The notes: generated by a model not told the origin, from the sequence alone. 64,000 nucleotides of DNA from Patescibacteria group bacterium (GCA_028748975.1 JAQTPI010000006.1:366-64365), one strand, 5' to 3'. Shown: positions 37,791-48,261, numbered from the stretch's first letter. Numbers and translations: made by a program.

Positions 37791-37948
37791 GATTTTTACC
37801 TCCTTAAGTTAGGTTTTTAAAGTTCGTTTTCACTTCTTAAAGTGAGTACTTTAACTTAGCAAAATTAAAAAGAGTTGTCAAGTGAGAAAAAATCAAAAAC
37901 CGTTCCGACACAATGTCGGAACGGCTCTTGTTTTTTGAAAAATCAAAA

Positions 37949-38266
37949 TTAGATTTTCAAATCATCAACCGCGGAGGTGTCGACCGGTTCGCGATTTTCT
38001 CTGCGCGGACCGCGAGTGGAACCTTCCGGTTCGTTGATTTTCATGTTAACGCGAGCGTTGTTTCTGGCGCCCACCACGCGCAGTAAGGTGCGGATGGCGT
38101 GGGCATTTCTGCCTTGGCGGCCAATGACATAACCCATATCAGCTGGGTTAAGGTCTAAAGTTAACAACACTCCCATTTCGTCAACCTTGCGATCAACTTT
38201 GACGTCGTTCGGGTTGTCCACAATCGCTTTGACCACGAACTCGACAAATTTCACATCATTTTCCAT
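37949..38266 (-). CDS. khpA: KH-domain RNA-binding protein KhpA
   Basis: VKAIVDNP..V, DMGYVIGRQGRNAHAIRTLL. Confidence 0.92.
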   Translation of the reverse strand: MENDVKFVEFVVKAIVDNPNDVKVDRKVDEMGVLLTLDLNPADMGYVIGRQGRNAHAIRTLLRVVGARNNARVNMKINEPEGSTRGPRRENREPVDTSAVDDLKI

Positions 38267-38484
38267 ATTTTCTCTTCTGTCAGGCCCGCAAATTCCAAAT
38301 GGCATTTCAGGCCTGTTTTTCCAGCAATCACGACCTTTCTTTACTTAATTTTTAAAAATATACCCTTGCTGGTTTTCAAAATAAGTATAGCATACCTTAA
38401 AATCTGTGTCAAATTCGAACTTGCGGTCTTTTGAAAGAAGGCTTATAATTAAATTAATATCAACAACAAAAATAGGAGGCAAAA

Positions 38485-38712
38485 ATGGCCGGACAAATTT
38501 TCAGGCGAGAATTGGTCGATCTCACACAAGACACAGAAGAAACCGCTCTCATGGTTGACATCGCTGGTAAATCACTAAAAGGAGGGGAGCTTATAATAGT
38601 TAGAGAAGTGATAAGCGATGAGACACCAGAAGGAAGAGCGCGGATAAAAAAACTTATTCAAAAGGGTTGGCAACAAGTAGAACCTGCCAAAAAAGAAGAC
38701 ATCAGGGGATGA
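38485..38712 (+). CDS. hypothetical protein
   Basis: AGGAGG SD, TATAAT upstream, hairpin terminator overlapping stop. Confidence 0.7.
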   Translation: MAGQIFRRELVDLTQDTEETALMVDIAGKSLKGGELIIVREVISDETPEGRARIKKLIQKGWQQVEPAKKEDIRG

Positions 38713-38829
38713 ACATTCGTCCCCTGTTTTTTTGTCAAACAAAAAACATCACGAAAAACTCAAGATGTTTTTATTAATTTCCCGTTTCTGATTTCTAATT
38801 TCTGTTTTCTCTTTACTCTTCACTCTTCT

Positions 38830-40716
38830 CTATTCACTAATCGTCGCCTCCGTCGTCGTTGAGAGCGTCCCTTTCTCCACCCCAATCAAACACACTGCCT
38901 GCCACGGCCGGTAAAGCGAGTGCCAGTTTTCTTTTTTCTCCGTGCCATCAACCATAGTCACGATTCTTTCCAAATCCGTTTCCGCGCCATTATGCGCCGT
39001 TTCCGTGCACTTTTTTACACCCACTGCCAAATCTTCCGTTTCCACATATTTAGTCGGCCCCGGCGCCGTGATATTATAGATCGTTGTTTTTTTCACTTCC
39101 ACCTGGCGGCCGTCGCTTGTTCCCCAAAATTCAAAGGTTATTTCATTGCCTTCAATTCTTGTTTGTAATAATAAATTACTGCCAGTGTCATTTTTAAATC
39201 TCAAATCCGGATGCGGACTATAAATTGTCGCGTCCATGCCGGCCGGTTCATAGTAAACCACGCGGTAAGCATGCGGATATCTTTCCAAAATTGGCAGTCC
39301 CGCGTCCAAGGCTACCCGAAACATGGTGGTGGCAATTTGGCACAGTCCGCCGCCAAATTCCGGCACCGTTTTATTGCCCTTGATCACCAATTCCGGCAAA
39401 TAACCGGTGGCGCCGCTAATTTCTCCCAAAGCCGTATTTAAAGAAAATTCTTCAGCCGGCGCGATAATCAAACCATTTAGGGACGCGGCACCGGTCTTAA
39501 TATTATGAATTCTGTTTTTGGGTGAACCGCTAAAATTTGACTGGCCCACCCCCACGATTTCTTTGATGCCCAAATCATTAACATCGCCGGTTAAATTTTT
39601 CACTGGAATTTCTTTGGTGTAAATCACTGAACGCGGCTTTGGCAAATTCAATAAATTAAATTCCCATTGCGCCAAAGTTTTTTCCAAATCAATCTCAATC
39701 CCCGCTTGGGATGCCTGAAATTCCACCACTCGTCCGTTTTGCATCATAATTTTTGGTTCCCGCGCCTCCACCTCAATTTCCGCGGTTAGTGGCTTTAAAA
39801 TTTCCCAAAAAACCGCGTTATCAAAACCCAGGTATGGTTTTTGTTGTTTTTCATCCCATTTCAAAACCAATCCTTTTTTAACATCTTCTTTTAATATCGG
39901 CCATTCTTTTGCCAAGGGCTGGCGCAACCAACTGCGAGTGATGGTGGCCGTCAGAAAAAAACTTTCTTTGTTTAAAACCGATTCCATTAAAGGTATTAGT
40001 TGTTCTCCGGCTGCCAAAGAAATTTTCGGCTCCACTTGAATTTTTTTAAGTTCAATCGCTACCAGATTACCCATTCTTAATTGTTTTTTAAATTGCTTTA
40101 TGGCGCTCTCATAATCCAATTCTTCGCCTGCCTGTCCCGCCACAATTTCTGGCTGGTTGTTTTGATAACTAATATTTGTCTCGCGCGCGCCGGACACCAA
40201 ATCGCCAAAATTTGTTTTCAGGGCTTTTTTTAATTCTTCTTCCGCTACCTGATTTATCCAAATAAAATTAACTCGCGAAAAAATAGTCCGCAATCGCTCC
40301 CAAAAATTTGCCAAAAAAAATCCCTGCCGGCCAAAGTGGAAAGCTTGGTTCAAAATATCTTCGGTTTCCACGTTGTAAATTTTATATGATAAATCCGGGT
40401 CGCTGGTGGAAACTGAAATCGGCAGCACCGCCACTTTTCTTTCGCCATAAATAAAAGTAACCCCCTCCTGTTCCAGCTTGCCAACTTTTTCCGTTACCAT
40501 TTGACCGGCCTTGTCATAACTTAAGCCGCCCACATTCACTCCGCCAATGCTGATATTGGGAAAAAACCGGCCGACATAAATTTGTTCCAAAGCCAAAGTC
40601 GTCCCTGCTCCCAGAATCAACAAAATTAAAAAAACGGTCAGCGTCGCCACCAACCAGGAAGGAATTCGGTATTTTTCCTTTTTTTCTTTCAAAAATTCTT
40701 TGGTTTTTTCTATCAT
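38830..40716 (-). CDS. VanW-family protein with peptidoglycan-binding domains
   Basis: N-terminal TM, NRIHNI, EEFSLN, GGGLCQIATT, GMDATI, DLRFKN. Confidence 0.92.
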   Translation of the reverse strand: MIEKTKEFLKEKKEKYRIPSWLVATLTVFLILLILGAGTTLALEQIYVGRFFPNISIGGVNVGGLSYDKAGQMVTEKVGKLEQEGVTFIYGERKVAVLPISVSTSDPDLSYKIYNVETEDILNQAFHFGRQGFFLANFWERLRTIFSRVNFIWINQVAEEELKKALKTNFGDLVSGARETNISYQNNQPEIVAGQAGEELDYESAIKQFKKQLRMGNLVAIELKKIQVEPKISLAAGEQLIPLMESVLNKESFFLTATITRSWLRQPLAKEWPILKEDVKKGLVLKWDEKQQKPYLGFDNAVFWEILKPLTAEIEVEAREPKIMMQNGRVVEFQASQAGIEIDLEKTLAQWEFNLLNLPKPRSVIYTKEIPVKNLTGDVNDLGIKEIVGVGQSNFSGSPKNRIHNIKTGAASLNGLIIAPAEEFSLNTALGEISGATGYLPELVIKGNKTVPEFGGGLCQIATTMFRVALDAGLPILERYPHAYRVVYYEPAGMDATIYSPHPDLRFKNDTGSNLLLQTRIEGNEITFEFWGTSDGRQVEVKKTTIYNITAPGPTKYVETEDLAVGVKKCTETAHNGAETDLERIVTMVDGTEKKENWHSLYRPWQAVCLIGVEKGTLSTTTEATISE

Positions 40717-40728
40717 ATTATTCTTTTT

Positions 40729-40984
40729 GTGTCATCCTGAGCGAAGGTCCGATGGACATCGGACCGGAGTCGAAGGATCTCGTTGTTTTATAAAAAAATA
40801 TAAGGATATAGAGATATAAAGATATAAGCGACCAGCCTGTTATATCCTTATTTCCTTATATCTTTATTATTTATCGCTTTGGCCACGGGATTCCCTGCCT
40901 CGCCTGACGCTCGCCTCGATTCGGCGAAGCGGGCGAGTCAAGGCGGGCTTCCTCTCCCGAGTACTCGGGATCGTCAGGATGACA
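40729..40984. repeat. REP-like doublet with nested CCCGCCTCG-type palindrome
   Basis: GTGTCATCCTGAGCG...GAAGGATCTCG and ...CAGGATGACA ends, nested element at about 40893-40948. Confidence 0.8.
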
Positions 40985-40998
40985 ACTACTTAAAAAGT

Positions 40999-41220
40999 TT
41001 ATTTCTCCAAAATCTCATTTATCAATTCTTTGGCCAACTTTCTTCTTTCCTCCTCTGCCGTAGCTTCATTAGAAACTGTTAGACGCAAAACCGCACCTTC
41101 TTTCACTTCTGCCGGCAAATTTTTTATCGGCCAAATAATTTCTTTGCCATCATCAAAAACCAGCACCGCACTCGTGCCCTCAAACCGGTCAATCGTGACT
41201 TGGCGTTCATAATTTTCCAT
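40999..41220 (-). CDS. DUF3006-like protein
   Basis: IDRFEG..AVL...LP..VKEG.VL. Confidence 0.85.
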   Translation of the reverse strand: MENYERQVTIDRFEGTSAVLVFDDGKEIIWPIKNLPAEVKEGAVLRLTVSNEATAEEERRKLAKELINEILEK

Positions 41221-41245
41221 AATAAAACTTATAATACTTAGTAAC

Positions 41246-41447
41246 TTGCGATTGCTGCGATTTCGTCGTGCGAGCTTAGCGGAGCGTTAGTTAGAAAATC
41301 GAGGCGAAAGCGCCGTTAAGAAATCAATGGGGACGAACCGCAGGTGAGTCGGGACCCATTGATTTTAGGCGCTAAGCCTGATTTTCTCTAACGCGCAGCT
41401 CGCTCGCCAGTTTCTTTCAGCCACTTTCTTTGTCCAAAGAAAGTGGC
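41246..41447. repeat. structured element related to 6590-6869
   Basis: 30-bp exact match 41256-41285 to 6599-6628, terminal GCCACTTTCTTT/AAAGAAAGTGGC hairpin next to a stop codon. Confidence 0.75.
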
Positions 41448-41452
41448 ATAAA

Positions 41453-41950
41453 TTACTCTCCCTTCACCTTCACCGCGATTGACTTCGCTTTCTGCGCTTT
41501 GGGTAAAATCAAAGTTAAGACGCCATTTTTCAAAATTGCCTGCGCTTCTTCCGCTTTCACTTCCACCGGTAAAACCACCGAGCGGGAAAAATCGCCCCAA
41601 TAACATTCTTGGTAAAAATAATCTTCTTCTTTAATTTCCTCTTCCAAGTGGCGCGACCCACGGACGGTCACCATGTCATTATCAATAGCAATATCAATAT
41701 CTTCCGGTTTCACGCCGGCAATGGTTGATTTGATGATGATATTGTCTGGCGTCTGAAAAACATCCACCGAGAGCTGGCCGTCCGCTCCGCTCCTGTCCAG
41801 CCATTCGCTGTCGCGCAGCCGCGCCGCCGTGGCTTCCGCCAATGGCTCCATTGGCGCCGCCGGTTCATTAATTATCGCTTCCATTTCCAGCGGTTTTTCC
41901 GGCAAATCATAACTTTCATCGTTTTTTATAACCTTGGTAAAAAATGCCAT
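41453..41950 (-). CDS. Hsp20/alpha-crystallin small heat shock protein
   Basis: GQLSVDVFQT, AGVKPEDIDI, ECYWGDFSRSVVLP, LKNGVLTL.LPK. Confidence 0.95.
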   Translation of the reverse strand: MAFFTKVIKNDESYDLPEKPLEMEAIINEPAAPMEPLAEATAARLRDSEWLDRSGADGQLSVDVFQTPDNIIIKSTIAGVKPEDIDIAIDNDMVTVRGSRHLEEEIKEEDYFYQECYWGDFSRSVVLPVEVKAEEAQAILKNGVLTLILPKAQKAKSIAVKVKGE

Positions 41951-42147
41951 AAAAAAATATGGTGTCATTCTGACCCCGCCAATGCGGGGAGAGAATCTCT
42001 TTGTTTCTGTCTTATCCAGAAACAATTAATTTATAACTTTATTATACACCACTATTTGACAAAAATCCAAAAAAGGACTAAGCTTTTTCTATCATAATTC
42101 ACTCTAACCTGGTGGCCCTGTTTTTAAGCGCCGCCAATCAAAAACCT

Positions 42148-44433
42148 ATGTCTACTCGACTCAAAGTCTTTTCTTTTGTTTTTTTAGCCGTGCTCGCTTC
42201 TTCTCTGGCTTTTCTGATTAAATCCGCCCGCACTGCCGACGCCAATTTAAGTTTTGTTGTCATCCCCGACGCTCAAAGCGAATCACGGGAAGTGATTGAC
42301 GCCATCTGCCAATGGGTTGTTGACAATAAAACCGACCAAAATATTCAAGCCGTGATTGGTCTTGGTGATTTAACCAATTATGCCACCGATGCTGAATTCC
42401 AAAGAGTCACCCCTTGCTTTGACCGTCTTAATGCCGCTGATATTATTAACGTGCCCATCATGGGCAACCATGATTATGATAATTACGCGCCGCAAAATCG
42501 CGTGGCCGCCAAATTTGATCAATATTTCGGTCCCGCGCGTTTTGCCAATAAAACCTGGTATGGCGGCAATTACAATGGCAGCAACGCCAACTATTATGTA
42601 AAATTCACTTTTGGTTCCCGCAAATTTCTCATTCTGGCCTTGGAATTTTTTCCGCGTCCGGCCGTAGTTAATTGGGCTTCCGCTGTTTTGGATCAAAATT
42701 GGGATTCGGAAGTTATTGTCACTACCCATGGTTATTTGAATCCAAACAAAACCAGAATTACAGATGGCGATACCACTGGTCCTACTTTTTACAGCCTGCC
42801 GGCCGCTGACAACAGCGGCGAGGATTTATGGCTTAATCTCTTAAAAAAGAAAGGCAATATTAAATTGGTTGTTTCCGGCCACCAGCTTGATGGCACCACT
42901 GCTTTTCGCTCTGACACCGGTGAAAAAGGCAACACCGTTAATCAGCTTTTCAATAATTTTCAATTAATGACTGATGGTAATGGCTGGCTGGGCGTGATTA
43001 AACTTGATTCTGTGACTGGCAAAGCCAGTGTTAAATATGTTAAAGCCTATCCACCAACTTATAATTTAAATTGGTCAGCTGGTACTGTCGCGCCAGCTAA
43101 CAAAGCGCCGGCGGTTAATGCTGGTTTAGATCAAAATATTATTTTGCCAGCCACTGTCAGTCTTTCTGGCACAGCCACTGATGATGGTTTGCCCGCTGGT
43201 TCTTCTTTAACTATTTCTTGGAGTAAAGTCTCCGGTCCCGGTGGAGTAACTTTCTCCAATTCTGGGGCCGTTGTTACTACCGCCTCTTTCAGCGCCGCTG
43301 GCCAATATCTTTTGCGCCTGACCGCCTCCGATGGTTCTTTGTCCGCCAGTGATGATATTATAATTTCAGTCAATTCTACCATCAGTACTTGGTATGATAC
43401 CGCTTGGCCTTATCGCAAAATTATTACTATTAATCGCGCTAAAGTCGCGGGTAATCTTGCCTCTTTCCCAGTGCTTGTTTCCATCACCGACGCGGATTTA
43501 AAGTCAACTGACAACGGCGGCAAAGTTGGGAATATTAATGGTTTTGATTTTGTCTTCACCAACTCTGCCAACACTAAATTGGCGCATGAAATTGAAAAAT
43601 ATGACCCGGCTACTGGCCAGCTTTTGGTTTGGGTGAATGTTCCGCAAATTTCCAACGCCTCCGACACTCGCCTCAATTTATATTTCGGTAATGCCACCGC
43701 CGCCAACCAACAAAATAAAACTAGTGTTTGGGACAGTCATTTCATGGCGGTCTGGCACCTGAATGAAAAATCCGGCAATCAGCTTGATGCCACTTCTCAA
43801 AATTATAACTCTACTGTTTTGGCACTCTCTGGCCAGGGCACAGCTGTTGGCAAAATCAATGACGCTGATTATTTTGCCAGCGCCACTGATTATATTTCTT
43901 TTCCTGCCACTGCCACGAATTTGAAAAAACAATTTTCTCAAATCAGTGTCAGCGCCTGGGTTTCACCAGCTTCCTATGGCGCCGGCTATTGGGGCCCCAC
44001 CATCATCTCCAACACTGACGGCGATGGCTGGGCCATGAGAATTAATGATGGCTATCTGGAGCCTGATTTCCGTCTCTCCAATGGCAATATTATGTTAAAA
44101 ATGGGTCCGCAATTGCCTTTGAACGCCTGGAGTTATGTCAATCTTGTTTATGATGGCGCCAAAATAACCGGTTATGTTAATGGTGTTTCTGTTGGTTCAA
44201 CCATCGCCACTGGCACTATGAAAAATTCAGCCAACAGTAACACTTGCACTTTCCTTGGCAATGATCCCCTGTATTGTACGGTTACCGTGAATGAATTTAA
44301 TTTTAATGGCAATTTGGATGAAGTTCGCGTTTCCGATTCCGCCCGCTCGGCCGCCTGGATCGCCACTGAATACGCCAACCAATCAAACCCGGCCGCCTTC
44401 CTCACCGCCGGCGCCACGGAAAGCAAGCCATAA
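42148..44433 (+). CDS. secreted metallophosphoesterase + PKD/Ig-like + DUF2341 + LamG-like protein
   Basis: signal peptide, PDAQ/LGD/GNHD/TH/SGH, N.AP.VNAG.DQ, W.YRK.ITI..FPVLV..HEIE, G.LDEVR.S..ARS..WI. Confidence 0.82.
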   Translation: MSTRLKVFSFVFLAVLASSLAFLIKSARTADANLSFVVIPDAQSESREVIDAICQWVVDNKTDQNIQAVIGLGDLTNYATDAEFQRVTPCFDRLNAADIINVPIMGNHDYDNYAPQNRVAAKFDQYFGPARFANKTWYGGNYNGSNANYYVKFTFGSRKFLILALEFFPRPAVVNWASAVLDQNWDSEVIVTTHGYLNPNKTRITDGDTTGPTFYSLPAADNSGEDLWLNLLKKKGNIKLVVSGHQLDGTTAFRSDTGEKGNTVNQLFNNFQLMTDGNGWLGVIKLDSVTGKASVKYVKAYPPTYNLNWSAGTVAPANKAPAVNAGLDQNIILPATVSLSGTATDDGLPAGSSLTISWSKVSGPGGVTFSNSGAVVTTASFSAAGQYLLRLTASDGSLSASDDIIISVNSTISTWYDTAWPYRKIITINRAKVAGNLASFPVLVSITDADLKSTDNGGKVGNINGFDFVFTNSANTKLAHEIEKYDPATGQLLVWVNVPQISNASDTRLNLYFGNATAANQQNKTSVWDSHFMAVWHLNEKSGNQLDATSQNYNSTVLALSGQGTAVGKINDADYFASATDYISFPATATNLKKQFSQISVSAWVSPASYGAGYWGPTIISNTDGDGWAMRINDGYLEPDFRLSNGNIMLKMGPQLPLNAWSYVNLVYDGAKITGYVNGVSVGSTIATGTMKNSANSNTCTFLGNDPLYCTVTVNEFNFNGNLDEVRVSDSARSAAWIATEYANQSNPAAFLTAGATESKP

Positions 44434-44489
44434 ATTTTTCTGAATCAAAAAACTAAACAAAAAACACCTGATTTAATTCTGGTGTTTTT

Positions 44490-44564
44490 TGGTACCGCTA
44501 CGGGGAATCGGACCCCGATTACCAGGATGAAAACCTGGCGTCCTAACCGTTAGACGATAGCGGC
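44490..44564 (-). tRNA. tRNA-Glu (TTC)
   Basis: cloverleaf with CCAGG-TTTTCAT-CCTGG anticodon arm, encoded CCA, promoter TTGACA-17-TATAAT upstream. Confidence 0.95.
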
Positions 44565-44851
44565 ATATCTTTAGTTCTTAAAAAATTATAGCGTATTTTT
44601 TCTTTTTTGTCAAAAATCAAAATTACTACCGCATTTTATCGTTTATTAATTTATAAAATTTGACTTGACGGGTAATTCTAGTTGCGCTATGCTTTTATTT
44701 GACGAGTTAGCCCTCATCAGGGACAAAAATAATTCGTAATTTCTCTTTTTAAAATCAATTTGAAAAGGAGGTGAAAAAACGTCAATTTTAGGCTGGTACA
44801 AAAAACATCAGTCATCGTACCCAAGTACCCCAAAACCAAAGGAGGTTCCAG

Positions 44852-45994
44852 GTGAACCTGAGGTTTCGCGGCCGTCCGCCAATTCTCATCGCGGACTCCG
44901 TAAAAAGCGTTGTCGGTCTTACCGATCCGTATGCCAAAGAAATCATGGATCGAATGTCTCCAGTCGAAAACTTTGTTTTTCCGATTCTCAGCCAATCGGT
45001 TTTTGACTGGACCGGCAGAAATCCGCGTCCGGCTTTGGATGCCGACGGCGATTTCCAGTGTACTGATCTCGACCTTTTTTCGTTTTTGATGCCCCTGGCT
45101 GACCGCGGAGCCATTATCGAAATTCCACGTTACCGCAACCGCCGCCAGGTGGTCGTAAAAGAAAGTGAGCGAAAAATCGGCAGCAACAATTTCGGGCCGC
45201 TGCACAGCCTGGTTTCCAATCAAGAGGCCTTTTCTTTTTCAGTAAAAATCATCGATCAGACCATCATGAAAACCAATCCCGAAACCGGCAAGGAAACGCT
45301 GGGCGAACCCCGAAATTACATGATCGTGGATGTCGACGGCCACTGGTATTACGGTTGGGACTGCATCAGGTGGAATCCGACGGCGCCGGAAAACCGCTTC
45401 CTGACCGAAAAGGGATTATGGACCGGTAACTCCGTCTATTTCCAGTTCTATGTCCACCCCAACCGGTGGCGAAGCATTTTCGGCGCTCCCTATCTCTTGC
45501 TGAAGATGCTGTCAAGTCGTCTGACTGAAGAAGGCGCTTTCTACCGAAACGAAGTGAAACGCCTTGAAGATTTGGGTTTTCGGTTGCCACCTGGCGAAAA
45601 AAAGGAATATGAACCGTCAATCAGTGAAAGCACAACCAGGCCTATTACTGTTTCCACTATGGAAACGATTCTGGACCTGCCGCCTTTCAACGGTTCGTAT
45701 CCAAGAGCGATCAATACCCGAAATGGTCTGCTCGCGGCTTACCACCGGCAAAAATACCTGACCTATGTCTTAAAACCATTGGTTCAATTTGCTCTCCGGG
45801 CCGACGAAGCGGCTTATTTCCAGTATGGAGCGCGCGACATGAAAATCGCTCCCTGGCTGGATAGCCGCGCCTGGAAAACCGGCTGGCGTCCGCCCAAAGG
45901 CCGAGTCGACTGGAACTTGTTGGTGCTGAGTAACGACGTCGGCCTGCGTTGGCGCCTCAAAGACATCACCCAGCAAGTTTACGTCACCGAGTAA
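44852..45994 (+). CDS. hypothetical protein (GC-richer accessory gene)
   Basis: 380-aa ORF, GTG with AAGGAGG SD, terminator 46021-46055. Confidence 0.8.
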   Translation: MNLRFRGRPPILIADSVKSVVGLTDPYAKEIMDRMSPVENFVFPILSQSVFDWTGRNPRPALDADGDFQCTDLDLFSFLMPLADRGAIIEIPRYRNRRQVVVKESERKIGSNNFGPLHSLVSNQEAFSFSVKIIDQTIMKTNPETGKETLGEPRNYMIVDVDGHWYYGWDCIRWNPTAPENRFLTEKGLWTGNSVYFQFYVHPNRWRSIFGAPYLLLKMLSSRLTEEGAFYRNEVKRLEDLGFRLPPGEKKEYEPSISESTTRPITVSTMETILDLPPFNGSYPRAINTRNGLLAAYHRQKYLTYVLKPLVQFALRADEAAYFQYGARDMKIAPWLDSRAWKTGWRPPKGRVDWNLLVLSNDVGLRWRLKDITQQVYVTE

Positions 45995-46107
45995 TCTTTA
46001 CACCTTACAATCATTTCTTTAAATCCCCTGGTTCAAAAAAATCAGGGGATTTTTATTTTTATCAAAAAATAATAAACCCGGCATTGCTGTCGGGTTTGCT
46101 TGAATAA

Positions 46108-46878
46108 TTAATACAATTTTTGATTATACGCCCTAAGGATTAACCGGCCGTCTTTGCCCTGGTTGGGATCACCATCATAAATTGTCACGCCGCAATTGAT
46201 TGGCTTTTCATGTTCATCAAGATAAATAAATTGTTTTGGGCTTAATCTTTCTAGATTGGCTTTTTCAGACAATTTTGTTATGTGATGAATTATAGCCCAA
46301 ACAGTTTTATTGAAAAATTCTCTAATCAAAGTGGTGTTCCATGACCTAACTCGCTCTCTCACGTCACATTTATTTTCACCTTGTGGAAAACGATAATAAT
46401 AAGGGCCTAAAAGTTCATAAAGTCTGCGCTGGTCAGGATAAAAAGTTTGAAAAATTTTCCAATCATTAAAAAGTAATACCTTGCCATGATCTTGTTCTCT
46501 AATTCGTTCTTCTTCCACGATTTTAACTTTGGCCAATTCCGGCCAACCTATTATCATATTTTTAAGGGTTTGTTTGGTTCTTGGATATGGTGAAACAAAA
46601 ATTACATCGGGCAAGAGAACTTTATTTTTTAAAGCCGCGCCGATTATCTGGGCCTGTTTTTTGCCCTCGGCAGTTAATGCCGTTGTTTCATCATTCATAG
46701 TGCCAGGAAAAGATTTTAAAACTAGGTGGGCCAATGTTTTTGTTAAAATACTGGTATAATTTTTATTCCAGGCCCAAACAAAAGTTTGGTAAAGTTGGCT
46801 TTCTTGTTTTAATTTCTTTGCTTCATTATAAGTCGATTCCCCATGCCGAATAAGTAAAAGTTGTTTTGGCCACTTCAT
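46108..46878 (-). CDS. histidine phosphatase family protein
   Basis: LIRHGES, LT..G..QA, VSPY.RT.QT, RIREQ, GE, IHH. Confidence 0.92.
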   Translation of the reverse strand: MKWPKQLLLIRHGESTYNEAKKLKQESQLYQTFVWAWNKNYTSILTKTLAHLVLKSFPGTMNDETTALTAEGKKQAQIIGAALKNKVLLPDVIFVSPYPRTKQTLKNMIIGWPELAKVKIVEEERIREQDHGKVLLFNDWKIFQTFYPDQRRLYELLGPYYYRFPQGENKCDVRERVRSWNTTLIREFFNKTVWAIIHHITKLSEKANLERLSPKQFIYLDEHEKPINCGVTIYDGDPNQGKDGRLILRAYNQKLY

Positions 46879-46995
46879 TCTTCCTCCTTTTTTATTTAGT
46901 TTAAAAGAACCTACACTTAACTTAGCTTATTTTTCTTTTTTTGTCAAAACTATAAATTATTGCTACTATTATTTTATTAATCATTCGCAAAATTC

Positions 46996-47063
46996 GCCCG
47001 CCTCGACTCGCGTCAGATGCTCGCCTCGATTTAGCGAAGCGGGCAAGTCGACGCGAGGCGGGC
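46996..47063. repeat. nested CCCGCCTCGACTCGC...GCGAGGCGGG palindrome
   Basis: same termini as 51419-51456, carries an internal second palindrome also seen at about 40907-40933. Confidence 0.75.
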
Positions 47064-47088
47064 CTATGATTCGCAAAATTCGCAATAT

Positions 47089-48120
47089 ATGAAAATTTTA
47101 GCTATTGAAACCTCCTGTGATGAAACTTCTGCCGCCGTGCTCAATCTTGAGCGCGGCCAGTTTAATTTGCTAAGTAATATTGTTTCCTCTCAAGTTAAAA
47201 TTCACGCTAAATTCGGCGGCGTGGTGCCGGAAGTGGCGGCACGGATGCAAATGGAAATGATTCTGCCGGTGATTGATGAATCCTTAATCGCTGCTAATAT
47301 AAAATTAAAAAATATTGATTATTTAGCTGTCACTTATGGTCCGGGTTTAATTACTTCTCTCACTGTTGGTGTGGAAACTGCCAAATCTTTGGCCTTTGCC
47401 CTAAAAAAAACACTCATCCCCACCAACCATCTGGCTGGCCATCTCTTAGCAAATTTTCTACCCAACAAAAAAATTACTGACATAAAATTTCCAGCACTTG
47501 GTCTGATTGTTTCCGGCGGACACACTCTTTTGGTTTTAATGAAAAACGAATCCAATTATAAAATTATTGGTGAAACCCTGGATGATGCCGTGGGCGAGGC
47601 CTTTGATAAAGTCGCCAAAATTTTAAATCTTGGCTATCCCGGCGGCCCCATTATTTCCAAACTAGCCAATAATGGCAATTCCGTCGCTTTTAATTTTCCG
47701 CGCCCGATGCTGAACTCTGGCGATCTTAATTTTTCTTTTTCTGGTCTGAAAACAGCCGTGTTCTACACATTAAAACATAAAAACATTAAAACATTAAAAC
47801 AAAAAGAAATAAACGACGTTTGTGCTTCATTTCAGGTGGCATGCGTCGATGTTTTAACTATTAAAACATTACGAGCGCTCCAAATTCATCAACCAAATTC
47901 ATTTCTCTTGGGCGGCGGTGTAGCTGCCAATCCCACCTTGCGCCAGCGCCTTCAAGAACAAATTAATAAAAATTTTCCTAAAATCAAAATTTTCATTCCC
48001 GAACTGCGTTTTACCGGCGATAACGCGGGAATGATCGCCGCCGCAGGATATTTTCAAGTTAAAAAAAGTAAATTCGCTAATTTCAAAAAACTGAAAGCCA
48101 ACCCAAATTTATCACTTTAA
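47089..48120 (+). CDS. tsaD: t6A synthesis protein TsaD
   Basis: IETSCDET, GGVVPE, GPGL, HLAGH, VSGGHT, DDAVGEAFDK, DNAGMI. Confidence 0.98.
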   Translation: MKILAIETSCDETSAAVLNLERGQFNLLSNIVSSQVKIHAKFGGVVPEVAARMQMEMILPVIDESLIAANIKLKNIDYLAVTYGPGLITSLTVGVETAKSLAFALKKTLIPTNHLAGHLLANFLPNKKITDIKFPALGLIVSGGHTLLVLMKNESNYKIIGETLDDAVGEAFDKVAKILNLGYPGGPIISKLANNGNSVAFNFPRPMLNSGDLNFSFSGLKTAVFYTLKHKNIKTLKQKEINDVCASFQVACVDVLTIKTLRALQIHQPNSFLLGGGVAANPTLRQRLQEQINKNFPKIKIFIPELRFTGDNAGMIAAAGYFQVKKSKFANFKKLKANPNLSL

Positions 48121-48261
48121 TAAATTACAAATCACAAGCACCAAAATACAAACAAATCTCAAATATCAATAACCAAATTACAAACGCGACGGTTTAGGAT
48201 TTGAGATTTGGTGCTTGGAATTTGTTTGTTATTTGGAATTTGGTGCTTGGTGCTTAAAAAT

